From an uncultured virus (IMG/VR IMGVR_UViG_3300028414_000637) (lineage: Duplodnaviria; Heunggongvirae; Uroviricota; Caudoviricetes): DNA of 64,000 bases. Both the position numbers and the translations under genes were made by a program. The DNA lies in IMG/VR virus record IMGVR_UViG_3300028414_000637. The stretch is one strand, 5' to 3'. How positions within the stretch are numbered: position 1 is the stretch's first letter; every line of letters begins with the position of its first letter. The notes beneath the pieces were generated by a model, which saw only the letters and a list, made by a program, of their open reading frames with translations, was not told the DNA's origin and did not search any database. Shown one piece after another: positions 10,720-20,747 of this stretch.

Positions 10720-11204
10720 AGCAAAAGTATCATCAAGGAAAATATACAATAAGAAACCCACAGAAATATTCTGGTAAGGGAGAACCTACCTTTAGAAGCA
10801 GTTGGGAGCAAACTTTTATGAATTTCTGTGATGATAATCCAAGTGTTGTTGCGTGGGCAAGTGAACCTTGCAAAATAACCTATCAAAATCCAATGACTGG
10901 AAAAGTTACTGGGTATGTTCCTGACTTTATTATCGTATATATGGATAAAAAAGGAAATAAGAATGCAGAGTTAGTCGAAATTAAACCTGCAACACAATCT
11001 AACCCAGAATTAGCAAGAAGAAAAACAGATAAATCGGCAGTTGTAGTTAATTTTGCTAAATGGGATGCCGCAACTCAATGGGCAAAGAAACGAGGCATGC
11101 GTTTTCGTGTTTTGAATGAAGGTGATATATATCAAAATACTAAAAAACCAAAACCAGTAAAGGCTAAAGTTAAAAAACCTAAACCTATTAAAAGAAAAAA
11201 GTAA
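10716..11204 (+). CDS. Head completion nuclease (T4 gp4-like, TnsA-type PD-(D/E)XK)
   Basis: G.Y...NPQKY.G, RSSWE..FM.FCD, WASE, Y.PDF, EIKP, N.AKW.AA. Confidence 0.9.
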   Translation: MKQKYHQGKYTIRNPQKYSGKGEPTFRSSWEQTFMNFCDDNPSVVAWASEPCKITYQNPMTGKVTGYVPDFIIVYMDKKGNKNAELVEIKPATQSNPELARRKTDKSAVVVNFAKWDAATQWAKKRGMRFRVLNEGDIYQNTKKPKPVKAKVKKPKPIKRKK

Positions 11205-11258
11205 TAGTTAAAATAGATTGATAAATACTATTAACTACTGATATAATAGGAGCAACAA

Positions 11259-11831
11259 ATGACAAAGAAATTAGAAGAAACATTTAATATCTCTAGTAGT
11301 GATGAAATTGAAAAAATTATCGCAAATGAAGATGATATTGATGAAGGTGTGCCTACTATAGAAGAATCTACTGAAATATCCAAAATAATTAATACTGAAA
11401 TGAAGAATGCAGAGAAAATTGATGCTTCTTTGCCTATGGTATCAGATTTAAATGAACACGATAGAGAAATGGATGATATTCATGGCAAGGCTATGCAGAC
11501 ATTTGAAGATTTATTGCAATTAGGCATGAATGTGGAAGTACACGCTGGTGCAAAGATATTAGAAACTGCAAATCAGCTATTAAAAACAGCAAAAGAGGCT
11601 AAAGATAGCAAAGTAGACAGAAAATTAAAAATGATTAATTTGCAATTACAAAAAGCAAAGCTAGACCATCAGAAAGATAGAGATTTACTTAAAGATGATG
11701 ACGAAATTGAAGCTGAAGGCTCTTTAAATATGGATAGAAACGAATTATTAAAAAGAATTGCTTCTGCACAAGCAGTTGCCGATGAAGCAACCGGTAAAAA
11801 ATCAGAAAAAAATAACAAAAATGATAAATAA
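11259..11831 (+). CDS. Putative terminase small subunit
   Basis: Helical coiled-coil protein with late promoter, upstream of the large terminase; positional and pattern inference only. Confidence 0.45.
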   Translation: MTKKLEETFNISSSDEIEKIIANEDDIDEGVPTIEESTEISKIINTEMKNAEKIDASLPMVSDLNEHDREMDDIHGKAMQTFEDLLQLGMNVEVHAGAKILETANQLLKTAKEAKDSKVDRKLKMINLQLQKAKLDHQKDRDLLKDDDEIEAEGSLNMDRNELLKRIASAQAVADEATGKKSEKNNKNDK

Positions 11832-11853
11832 GAGTAGTACGTTGGAGAGCAAC

Positions 11854-12420
11854 ATGAAAAAATTTAAAGAATTTTTAATAGAGTCAGAAAAAGAACATAA
11901 ACACACATTGCGTTTTTGCTGTGAGTTAGATGCGAATGCAGAAGATAGAATTGAAAAGTTTCTAGGCAAATATGACCTTAGAAGCATATCAAAAACATCT
12001 ACTACTCCAATCGCAAAGAACCCAATGTTTTTTAAAGAAGTAGAAAATTCAGAAGTATCTAAAATTGACATTGTTACTGGTTATCCGGTATCAGCCGACA
12101 TCTTACGTCAGCAACTTTCAGATTTATTAGGTATGCATCTAACACATGTTGCAGTACATCCAGAAGGATGGGAACCAAAAGAGGAAGTAGAAGCAGAAGA
12201 TAAAGAAGCATTACTTACTTCCGAAGAAGAATCAAAATCAGACAATGGTGAAAACTATGGTCGTACTTTTGTAGACGATTTTCTAAAGTCATTAACACCA
12301 AAAGAAAATGACACAGTAGAAAATGAATTAAGTCCGAAAGAAGTACGAGACCAAGCACCAGAACAAATGGATACAGAAGAAAAGTCTAGTCCATCTGTTA
12401 TCTCAGGAGATAAAAAATGA
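11854..12420 (+). CDS. Putative head-internal protein (start revised to 11854)
   Basis: GATAAATA at 11823, GGAG SD, N-terminus MKKFKEFLIE resembles the T4 internal-protein capsid targeting sequence. Confidence 0.6.
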   Translation: MKKFKEFLIESEKEHKHTLRFCCELDANAEDRIEKFLGKYDLRSISKTSTTPIAKNPMFFKEVENSEVSKIDIVTGYPVSADILRQQLSDLLGMHLTHVAVHPEGWEPKEEVEAEDKEALLTSEEESKSDNGENYGRTFVDDFLKSLTPKENDTVENELSPKEVRDQAPEQMDTEEKSSPSVISGDKK

Positions 12421-13589
12421 GCAAACATTATAATTTAACTGTTACTGATGATAACGGAAAATCAGTTACTACATCAAACACAAGTACAGAACATTCAGAA
12501 GAAGTTTTACGTATGATGCAATTAGCAGGTATGCAAGATTCGTCATGTGGGTGCGATGAGTCAATCGAAGAAAACGAATATCAACCAACACCAGCTAACG
12601 ATAAGTTAGATTTAGATGACTACTCAAAGAAATCTCCAGAAAGCATTTCAAAACAATCCAAAAAGTTACAACCTTCAAGAGGTGATAACCCATTAGAGTA
12701 TTCACTAGACGAAAGTGAAATTTATGAATCACTAATGGCTGAAATAGAAAAAGTAGAAGAAAAGAAAGCAAAGCCTGACTTTGCTGATATCGATGGTGAT
12801 GGTGACAAAAAAGAAACAATGAAAAAAGCGGCTAAAGATAAAAAAGAAAAAGCCGATGAATCAATCAATGAAGCAAAATGTGATTGTGATTGTGGAAAAG
12901 ACCCATGTGAAGAATGTGGTAAGTCTCATCATAAAGTAAATGAATCAGAACTAGAAGGCGAGTTTAAATCACCAGAAGGTGGCCCACTATCATACAAGAG
13001 AGTAGGCGAATATACATATATTGTTAAAGACGAAAATGGCGAAGAACACAAAGCAGAAGTGGGTGCCATGGGTGATGAACAAGATAACTATTCAGGTGAT
13101 GAAATAGAGCAAACTATGGACCAAGAAGGATTAGAGATGCTAGTTCGTCAAGCAAAAATGGGTGCTCCAACTAATGAATCAGAACCAATGGGTGAATCCA
13201 CTGACAATGAATTTGCTTGTATTAATACTGATACAGGTGCTTTTGGATATTGTGGCAAAGACGAACTTCACAAGTTTACACACATGATGCCAGCAAGTGA
13301 ATTTACATATTTTGAACCACAAGATAATAACTTCCAAGGCATGGATGATGAAATGGCTGACCAAGAAGGCTGGTCAAAAATTAAAAAAGAAGAAAGCCCA
13401 GAATTAGCAAGACTAAGAAAACTTGCAGGTACTGAGAAAGTTGACGAATTGGCACCATTAGCAGTGTTGGCACCAGTAGCGAAAGCAGTAGGTGGTGCAT
13501 TGCTTAAGAAAGGCATCAAAGGCATGGCGGCACGTGCTGGAGCAAGTGCAGTGGCAAGCAAGGCACTTTCTAATAAAAATCCTCAATAA
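12417..13589 (+). CDS. Acidic modular head-core/internal protein
   Basis: Repeated (I/V/L/T)(N/D)E sites, L..LAG motifs, DIDGDGD loop, Cys/His cluster, cationic amphipathic C-terminus. Confidence 0.55.
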   Translation: MSKHYNLTVTDDNGKSVTTSNTSTEHSEEVLRMMQLAGMQDSSCGCDESIEENEYQPTPANDKLDLDDYSKKSPESISKQSKKLQPSRGDNPLEYSLDESEIYESLMAEIEKVEEKKAKPDFADIDGDGDKKETMKKAAKDKKEKADESINEAKCDCDCGKDPCEECGKSHHKVNESELEGEFKSPEGGPLSYKRVGEYTYIVKDENGEEHKAEVGAMGDEQDNYSGDEIEQTMDQEGLEMLVRQAKMGAPTNESEPMGESTDNEFACINTDTGAFGYCGKDELHKFTHMMPASEFTYFEPQDNNFQGMDDEMADQEGWSKIKKEESPELARLRKLAGTEKVDELAPLAVLAPVAKAVGGALLKKGIKGMAARAGASAVASKALSNKNPQ

Positions 13590-13692
13590 TAAGTATTTGT
13601 AATACGCTTTATATAAGTGTATTACTTTTCCACCTTTATGATAAATATATACAATAAAGATTAACTGATATATTTTTTTAGGAGATGGTATA

Positions 13693-14544
13693 ATGGCAAA
13701 ATATCGTGGGGTTACTTGGCAAAACGCAGGTGCTGGCCCAAAAGTAATAGTTAGACGTTCTATTTGGTTAGCAGAACTAGAAGATTTCGGTTCAATTACA
13801 GATGATGCGGTTGATTTGCCAACATCGGGAGCGGTACACAGAGCATCATTTGGGGGATCTAAATCAGGTACAAGAGAATTCGTAGATTTATCTACAGTAA
13901 ATGATTTGGTAGTAGTCGATACACAAGACCATGGACTAATAACAGATACAGCGGTTACGACTGCATGGCCAACTCAAACATCAACTGGAACGCCAACACA
14001 GGCACGTACTCATTATCTACGTGTTACAGGTGCTAGTTATAATACTAATATATCATCTTACATAAATGACCATGTTGATATGGATAGTGACCACCCTGAT
14101 TGGACTTCAACTGGTATGACTACTGACGTTACACTTGTTAAAGTAGTACATGCTCCATCAAGTACAACACTGGAATTAGGCGATACAATACCGTCTAATA
14201 CGTTTACCTTGTCGGGCAACAGTGCATATCATACTTGGGGATTGGATGATTCTGCATACTCAAGCATTCATGCACCAAATGGATATCATATATCAGGATT
14301 TACAAAAGATGCTCAGTCAAGTTATACAAGATGGAACATTGATTATGACGGTTCGCAATTCGGTGCAAGAGCAACAGTACTTGACCAATTGTTTGAAGGA
14401 CAAGTAATTTCAAATTATGAAAATACTGCATGGCTTACTTTTTACGATGCTGATGGCTATAAATATGAGTTTTCTCATCATAGAAGAAGTACAAATGGTT
14501 ACTCTGACCAGTTCGAATATAACGGCACAACACAAGTATATTAA
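13693..14544 (+). CDS. Putative virion fibre/decoration protein
   Basis: Own late promoter and terminator; D(F/H)G.ITD repeats; Thr/Ser-rich beta-type C-terminal domain. Confidence 0.5.
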   Translation: MAKYRGVTWQNAGAGPKVIVRRSIWLAELEDFGSITDDAVDLPTSGAVHRASFGGSKSGTREFVDLSTVNDLVVVDTQDHGLITDTAVTTAWPTQTSTGTPTQARTHYLRVTGASYNTNISSYINDHVDMDSDHPDWTSTGMTTDVTLVKVVHAPSSTTLELGDTIPSNTFTLSGNSAYHTWGLDDSAYSSIHAPNGYHISGFTKDAQSSYTRWNIDYDGSQFGARATVLDQLFEGQVISNYENTAWLTFYDADGYKYEFSHHRRSTNGYSDQFEYNGTTQVY

Positions 14545-14567
14545 TAATTTTCAACTTATCTAAAATT

Positions 14568-14594
14568 AAAAGGGAGTTAGGCTCCCTTTTTTTT
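14568..14594 (+). terminator. Rho-independent terminator
   Basis: AAAAGGGAG/CTCCCTTTT stem followed by a T-run. Confidence 0.8.
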
Positions 14595-14636
14595 ATGCAT
14601 AAATAGTATTATATTAGAAGTTAATTAGGATAATAC

Positions 14637-15671
14637 ATGATATGGACAGAATGGGATAAACTAACAGAGATTATTGTTGGTTCCACTTATGATACAAAGT
14701 CTTTAGAACAATTCAATGATACACAATTTGTTGATAGTATGTCAAAGATACTAGAAGAAACAGAACAAGATTTTCAAAAATTATCAGATATATTTAAATC
14801 AGCAAGTGTTAAAGTTCATAGACCAAAGAATATACCTTTGCAGGCTGAAAGCACAAGACAATGGAAATCAGAGTTTCCATATCCTGCTATATGTCCTCGT
14901 GACCATCATATAGTTTATGGAGATACTATTATCAATACTATAGGTGGTGATTGTAATAGATATACTGAAAGTGATTACTTCTTAGATATAATGTTAGAAA
15001 AACATAAACAAGGAAGAAACTATGTTGCAATGCCTAGACCTTTATTGCAGTCTCAGTATCAGCATTATGAGACAATGGAACCTCAGATAATGTATCATGC
15101 CGCAAATATTATAAAATGCGGTGATACTTTAATTCATTCAAGACCGTATCATGATCCAGAAGGCAGAGATTTTGGGGCAAGAGGAACAAGAACAGGGTTA
15201 GATTGGGTAAAAAGAAATATAGGTTGTGAAACTAAATGGATAGAAATCCCTGAGTGCGGTCATGCTGATGGTATGTTAGCAATTATCAAACCAGGATTAC
15301 TAATGACATGGAAAGAAGAATATATTCCCGAAGAATTAAAACATTGGGATAAGATTATTTTAACACCATGGGATTTACCTGAGTGGTTTCACGAAATGAG
15401 AATACAACACTTCTATAAAGACAAAGTAGAAAATTGGCTATCACATTGGATTGGGTATGTAGATGAAACAGTATTTGATTTGAATGTAGTAAGTATTGAC
15501 GAAAATACATTGATTACAAATGGGCATGATACAAGAATTGAAAAAGAATTAAAGAAATACGGAGTTGAAATGATACCTTTTGATTTTAGACATAAATATT
15601 TCTGGGACAGTGGCTTACATTGTGTCACTTTAGATTTGAGTAGACAAGGAGAAAGACAAAGCTATGTATAA
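14637..15671 (+). CDS. Amidinotransferase (glycine/inosamine-phosphate amidinotransferase family)
   Basis: EWD.L.EIIVG, CPRD, GHADG, SGLHCVTLDL.R catalytic motifs. Confidence 0.88.
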   Translation: MIWTEWDKLTEIIVGSTYDTKSLEQFNDTQFVDSMSKILEETEQDFQKLSDIFKSASVKVHRPKNIPLQAESTRQWKSEFPYPAICPRDHHIVYGDTIINTIGGDCNRYTESDYFLDIMLEKHKQGRNYVAMPRPLLQSQYQHYETMEPQIMYHAANIIKCGDTLIHSRPYHDPEGRDFGARGTRTGLDWVKRNIGCETKWIEIPECGHADGMLAIIKPGLLMTWKEEYIPEELKHWDKIILTPWDLPEWFHEMRIQHFYKDKVENWLSHWIGYVDETVFDLNVVSIDENTLITNGHDTRIEKELKKYGVEMIPFDFRHKYFWDSGLHCVTLDLSRQGERQSYV

Positions 15672-16437
15672 TGTTGTTATGAGAACACCAGAGTGTTTGA
15701 TTGTTGATGACTTCTTACCAGAAGAAGTACAAGATAAGATTTTAAATCAAGTTCAAGTCGATGAATGGGAACAGACGCAAGGTGATGATAAGTTTTGGCA
15801 CTATACTGATGGTGCAAATTATAAAAATAAAAAACGTTGGCAAGGTGGATATCCTAGAGGCGATAACTCTGATTTGTGGTTTGAATATTTTAATAAATTT
15901 TTAAATGAATATGAACATATCGATGAGTATGTTACAGGAGGCAAATTTGAAGATTATGCAATGCGTTGTCATGCCTATCCTGCTAATTCTAAAAACCCTT
16001 GGCATTGTGATTTTGGCTTTACAACATACACTTATTATTTGCATAAGAAATGGCAAATAAACTGGGATTCTACATTGTGTATTTTGCCTTTAGGGTCTGC
16101 ACAAGAATATTCGCAGTGGTTAGAATTAAAAGAAGGCACTGTGCATCATGATAGTTATAAAGAATTAAATAGTCCATTAGAAATGTTTGAACAACAAAGA
16201 CAATTTAAACCTATTATGGATGTTGGCTTAGGTACATTTGTAAGTCCTAAACCAAATAGATTAATATTAATACAGAAAAATTCAATACATGGTATAACAC
16301 GTGTTGACCCGGATGCAGGTGATAACATAAGAGTAACACTCACCGGAGCAATAGGTGAAGTGGGTTGGAGAGACAGAGTTAAGAGACTTGCTGATACAGA
16401 AATTAAAGCAGACGGTAAAGTAGGAAAAATAGAATAG
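15664..16437 (+). CDS. 2OG-Fe(II) oxygenase (prolyl-hydroxylase-like)
   Basis: IVDDFLP, WHCD (HxD), YYL...W..NW, P.PNRL, HGITRV, R.TLTG. Confidence 0.85.
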   Translation: MYNVVMRTPECLIVDDFLPEEVQDKILNQVQVDEWEQTQGDDKFWHYTDGANYKNKKRWQGGYPRGDNSDLWFEYFNKFLNEYEHIDEYVTGGKFEDYAMRCHAYPANSKNPWHCDFGFTTYTYYLHKKWQINWDSTLCILPLGSAQEYSQWLELKEGTVHHDSYKELNSPLEMFEQQRQFKPIMDVGLGTFVSPKPNRLILIQKNSIHGITRVDPDAGDNIRVTLTGAIGEVGWRDRVKRLADTEIKADGKVGKIE

Positions 16438-16440
16438 CAT

Positions 16441-18000
16441 ATGGCAGATTTAACTAAAAAAGCATATCAAAAAACGAAGTTTAGTAATGCACAACTATTA
16501 GAATTTAGTAGATGTGCTAGTGATCCTTTTTACTTTTTGAATAATTATTTCAAAATACAACACCCAACTAAGGGTAGTATGATATATGATGCATATGGAT
16601 ACCAAAGGGGATTACTTCATTCTTATCATGATTATAGATTTTCTATTTCTATGTTAGGTAGACAGATGGGAAAATCTACTACTGCGGCAGGATATCTATT
16701 ATGGTATGCTATGTTTATGCCAGACCAAACTATTCTAATTGCGGCACACAAATATTCAGGTGCCCAAGAAATTATGCATAGAATTAGACATGCCTATGAA
16801 TTATGTCCCGACCATATTAGAGCAGGTGTTACGAGTTATAACAAAGGCAGTATGGAGTTTGATAATGGTTCACGTATCATAGCACAAGCAACTACAGAAA
16901 ATACAGGTCGTGGTCTTTCAATCTCTTTACTATACTGTGATGAGTTTGCATTCGTTAGACCTAATATTGCAAAAGAGTTTTGGACTTCAATATCTCCTAC
17001 TCTAGCAACAGGTGGTAAAGCTATTATTACCTCAACACCAAACTTAGACGATGACCAATTTGCATTGATATGGAGCGGCGCAAATAAAAATATCGATGAC
17101 CATGGCAATGAAAAAGAAACAGGCATCAACGGATTTAAACCATTCAAGGCTGTCTGGTATGAGCATCCAGATAGAGATGAACAGTGGTCAAAAGAAGAAA
17201 GAACACGTGTAGGTGAAGAACGTTTTTTACGTGAACATGAATGCGAATTTATTGCATTTGATGAAACACTTGTAGATAGTATTAAGTTGTCACATTTAGA
17301 AGGCAAAGAGCCACTTATGAAAACTGGACAAATAAGATGGTATGAAAAAATTAACAAAAATTCTACTTACGTTATTGGTCTTGATCCTGCTATGGGTACT
17401 GGTGGGGATAATTCTGCTATTGAAGTATGGTCTTTGCCTGAACTAGTACAAGTAGCAGAATGGCAAAGCAATCGTACTGATATCAGAGGCCAAGTAAAAA
17501 CTATGCACGATATTCTTACAATACTAAATGACGAAATGAAAGAAATGGGAAATCAACGACCGGAAATTTATTGGTCTGTTGAAAACAATTCACTGGGAGA
17601 AGCGGCTCTTATAGTTATAGAAGAAATGGATGAAGACAAATTCCCAGGAGAATTCTTACATGAGCCTAAGAAAAAAGGAATACAAAAAGCAATTAGAAAA
17701 GGTTTCACTACATCTTACAAAACTAAAATAACAGCATGTATGAAGCTGAAATCTTGGATTGAGAGCGATAAAATGGTACCGCTGAGTAGAAACTTAATTA
17801 GAGAATTTAAAACATTTATTGCAAAAGGTAAAAGTTACGAAGCAAAATCTGGTGAAACAGATGATTTAGTTTCAGCTACTTTACTTTGTATTAGGCAGAT
17901 ACAAGTAATATCAAGATTTGATGAAGAATTTATGGAAACGTTAGGAGAATCTTTAGAAGCCGGAGACGATTTTAACGACCCTCTTCCTGTACTATTTTGA
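16441..18000 (+). CDS. Terminase large subunit (gp17-like)
   Basis: RQMGKST Walker A, YCDEFAF Walker B, ITSTPN, GLDPAMG.G.D, VENN, TDDLV nuclease motifs. Confidence 0.97.
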   Translation: MADLTKKAYQKTKFSNAQLLEFSRCASDPFYFLNNYFKIQHPTKGSMIYDAYGYQRGLLHSYHDYRFSISMLGRQMGKSTTAAGYLLWYAMFMPDQTILIAAHKYSGAQEIMHRIRHAYELCPDHIRAGVTSYNKGSMEFDNGSRIIAQATTENTGRGLSISLLYCDEFAFVRPNIAKEFWTSISPTLATGGKAIITSTPNLDDDQFALIWSGANKNIDDHGNEKETGINGFKPFKAVWYEHPDRDEQWSKEERTRVGEERFLREHECEFIAFDETLVDSIKLSHLEGKEPLMKTGQIRWYEKINKNSTYVIGLDPAMGTGGDNSAIEVWSLPELVQVAEWQSNRTDIRGQVKTMHDILTILNDEMKEMGNQRPEIYWSVENNSLGEAALIVIEEMDEDKFPGEFLHEPKKKGIQKAIRKGFTTSYKTKITACMKLKSWIESDKMVPLSRNLIREFKTFIAKGKSYEAKSGETDDLVSATLLCIRQIQVISRFDEEFMETLGESLEAGDDFNDPLPVLF

Positions 18001-18027
18001 TAAATACATCTATAAGGAAAAAACAAT

Positions 18028-19470
18028 ATGGCTGTAAATATATCAACAATCGCAGAAAAAGTGATGAGAATTATTCAAGGAAATGGTATTTCTTTGAAGA
18101 TGTTCAATGCTGAGAATGGAAAAAGTGTATCTAATCCAGAGGAAGCTAGATTTTTCTATATAGACGAACCAAATATGATGGTGTCTATTGATGAAAGTAC
18201 TAATGAAGTCAAACTTCATTTTGGTGAAGGAGTTGATATAGATAAACCTCTAGCCAAAATATTAATGGATAGCTTGAGACAGTTATCACGTGAATACATG
18301 TTAGATTTTGATATGCGTTCATTTGGTAAACATATTGAACCTAAGAATTATACATATAAATTAGACAAAGACAAGGAGCAGACTATGAGTGACGTAATGA
18401 AAGAGGGCTTATCGCCTTTAGAAGGATCATCACGTACCAGTCGCCAAACACTAGAAAATGTAAGACTAATCGTCAAACACCGCAACGCAGTAAACGAAGA
18501 ATCACGTGGTGCACGTTCTCGTAATATTTCAGCAATATTTGTTGAAAATGCTGAAGGTGAACGTTTCAAGTATCCATTCAAACACTTGAACGGCGCAAGA
18601 GCAATGGCGAGACACGTTTCACATGGTGGTGTACCTAGCGACATGGTGGGTGAGGCTATTGTAGAACTTTCATCAAACCTAGCAAAATTAAAAGAGTTTA
18701 TGAATGTTGTTAATAAGCAATCACTAATCAATGAAAGCAATCGTTCAGTTGTACTTAATGTTAAGCGTAGAATGGAATCAATTAAAGAATCTATTAAGCG
18801 TGTACAAGGTGCAAAAGGATACGCAAGTTTTGTTGAAAAAATGGCAACAACAGAAGCAAAACAAAATGCTGAAATTACAGAAGATACCGTAAACAGCTAT
18901 GTTTCTAAATTTACAAAATCAACATTTGAAGAATCTTTAAGGGATGTTTTGCCGTTAATTCATCGTGTAAATGAAGAAGAAATGGAAGATAACCGTGCTG
19001 ACCAAATTGCACGTGTTAAAGAAATTATTCTAGCAAAAGATAAGAAAACTGGTGAAAAGAAAAACAAAATTACTTTTCCTAGAAAGCCAGGCGCAGAATA
19101 CGATTACGATGCAATTAAGAAACAATATGCAGAACCTCGTACTCCACAAGAAGCAGAAGAACAAAAGAAACTTAAGTTAGCATTATCAATCGATGATTTA
19201 GCAGACAGAGTAGACGTTGACACTACTGATGACAATAAGCGTAAAAATAAAGGCCACGACAGAGCGGCTGAATTGTCAATGTTCTTAATGGATATGGGTA
19301 ACTCGATTCGTTCAGGCAAAGGTCTTACAAAAGAAAAGATTCAAATTACTGGATACTTGAGAAAACTAGCAACACAGAACGAAGCAGTAGAAACTGCAGG
19401 TACTCCTGTGAATGAACAGTTTGATAGAATGCTTTCAGAAGCATTTTCTAAGTTCGAAATTCCAGCATAA
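18028..19470 (+). CDS. Hypothetical late protein, probable head-associated
   Basis: Late promoter at 17999; several xNE/xTE sites; LRKLA motif near C-terminus. Confidence 0.6.
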   Translation: MAVNISTIAEKVMRIIQGNGISLKMFNAENGKSVSNPEEARFFYIDEPNMMVSIDESTNEVKLHFGEGVDIDKPLAKILMDSLRQLSREYMLDFDMRSFGKHIEPKNYTYKLDKDKEQTMSDVMKEGLSPLEGSSRTSRQTLENVRLIVKHRNAVNEESRGARSRNISAIFVENAEGERFKYPFKHLNGARAMARHVSHGGVPSDMVGEAIVELSSNLAKLKEFMNVVNKQSLINESNRSVVLNVKRRMESIKESIKRVQGAKGYASFVEKMATTEAKQNAEITEDTVNSYVSKFTKSTFEESLRDVLPLIHRVNEEEMEDNRADQIARVKEIILAKDKKTGEKKNKITFPRKPGAEYDYDAIKKQYAEPRTPQEAEEQKKLKLALSIDDLADRVDVDTTDDNKRKNKGHDRAAELSMFLMDMGNSIRSGKGLTKEKIQITGYLRKLATQNEAVETAGTPVNEQFDRMLSEAFSKFEIPA

Positions 19471-19494
19471 CATACCAAAAAAACCAATAAAATC

Positions 19495-19522
19495 AGGGAT
19501 CCTATTAGGGTCCCTTTTTTTT
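19495..19522 (+). terminator. Rho-independent terminator
   Basis: AGGGATCCT/AGGGTCCCT stem followed by a T-run. Confidence 0.75.
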
Positions 19523-19670
19523 GTGGAAAAAAATACAAAAAACACGTATTTAACGCTTGACTTTGCTCCCGAAGATAAGTATAATAGTAAACATGTTTGA
19601 GAGTAAACTGTTTACACTTAGGCTAATAAAACAAAACAAACTAATACAGGCTAATATAGGAGAATAAAAT

Positions 19671-20690
19671 ATGGCTACTTTAGCAGAAATCCGTGCAAAA
19701 CTTCTTGCACAAGATAACAAATCGGCAGATAATGCCAACGCAAATAGAGGCACAGATGCCATCTATCCTTTCTGGAATATGGACACTGATTCTACATCAG
19801 TTATTCGTTTTCTTCCGGATTCAGACAATTCAAATACTTTTTTCTGGCGTGAGAGACAAATCATCAAGATGCCTTTTCCAGGTGTCAAAGGGGGTGACGA
19901 ATCGAAACCAGTAACAGTACAAGTTCCTTGTATTGAAATGTGGGGTGATACATGTCCCGTACATGCAGAAATTCGTCCTTGGTTCAAAGACCCTTCTATG
20001 GAAGATATTGGACGTAAGTATTGGAAGAAACGTTCTTACATCTTCCAAGGATTTGTTGTTCAAGATCCAATGAACGAAGCAACTCCAGAAAATCCAATTC
20101 GTAGATTCGTAATTGGGCCACAAATCTTCAAACTATTGAAGGCGGCTCTAATGGATCCAGATATGGAAAATCTTCCAACTGACTATGATGCAGGTACAGA
20201 CTTCCGTCTTACTAAAACGCAAAAAGGTCAGTATGCAGACTATTCAACTTCAAATTGGGCACGTAAAGAGCGTTCTCTAAATGAAGAAGAACGTCAGGCG
20301 GTTGAAACTCATGGTCTATATGACTTGGGTGATTTTATGCCGAAGCGTCCTAGTGATGAAGAAGTTCGTATCATTATGGAAATGTTCGAAGCATCAGTTG
20401 ATGGGCATCTTTATGACCCAGAAAAATGGGGTTCTTACTATAAACCATATGGATTGGATGTAGGTAATACTAAGCCAGCATCATCGGCACCAACTGCATC
20501 AGCAGTAACACCGAAGGTTGCGGAGGCTCCAGTAGCACAAACTTCAACTCCAGCTGAAACACCGGCTCCTGTACAAGCAGAAGCAACACCTCAACCAGCA
20601 ATGGCAGAGGCGAGTGCGCCAGCAAGTGGTGGTCAGGGAACTGATGCCGCTGATATCCTGAAAATGATTAGAAGTCGTAAATCTGATTAA
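19671..20690 (+). CDS. Single-stranded DNA-binding protein (gp32-like)
   Basis: IRFLPD, C.....CPV, YWKKRSY, G.DF.L.K, Y.DYS.S; Ala/Pro linker tail; TTGACT-17-TATAAT promoter upstream. Confidence 0.9.
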   Translation: MATLAEIRAKLLAQDNKSADNANANRGTDAIYPFWNMDTDSTSVIRFLPDSDNSNTFFWRERQIIKMPFPGVKGGDESKPVTVQVPCIEMWGDTCPVHAEIRPWFKDPSMEDIGRKYWKKRSYIFQGFVVQDPMNEATPENPIRRFVIGPQIFKLLKAALMDPDMENLPTDYDAGTDFRLTKTQKGQYADYSTSNWARKERSLNEEERQAVETHGLYDLGDFMPKRPSDEEVRIIMEMFEASVDGHLYDPEKWGSYYKPYGLDVGNTKPASSAPTASAVTPKVAEAPVAQTSTPAETPAPVQAEATPQPAMAEASAPASGGQGTDAADILKMIRSRKSD

Positions 20691-20747
20691 TCATTAACAA
20701 CTAGTGAGGGAGACTTTGTGTCTCCCTCCATATCAAAGGAGTAGAAT

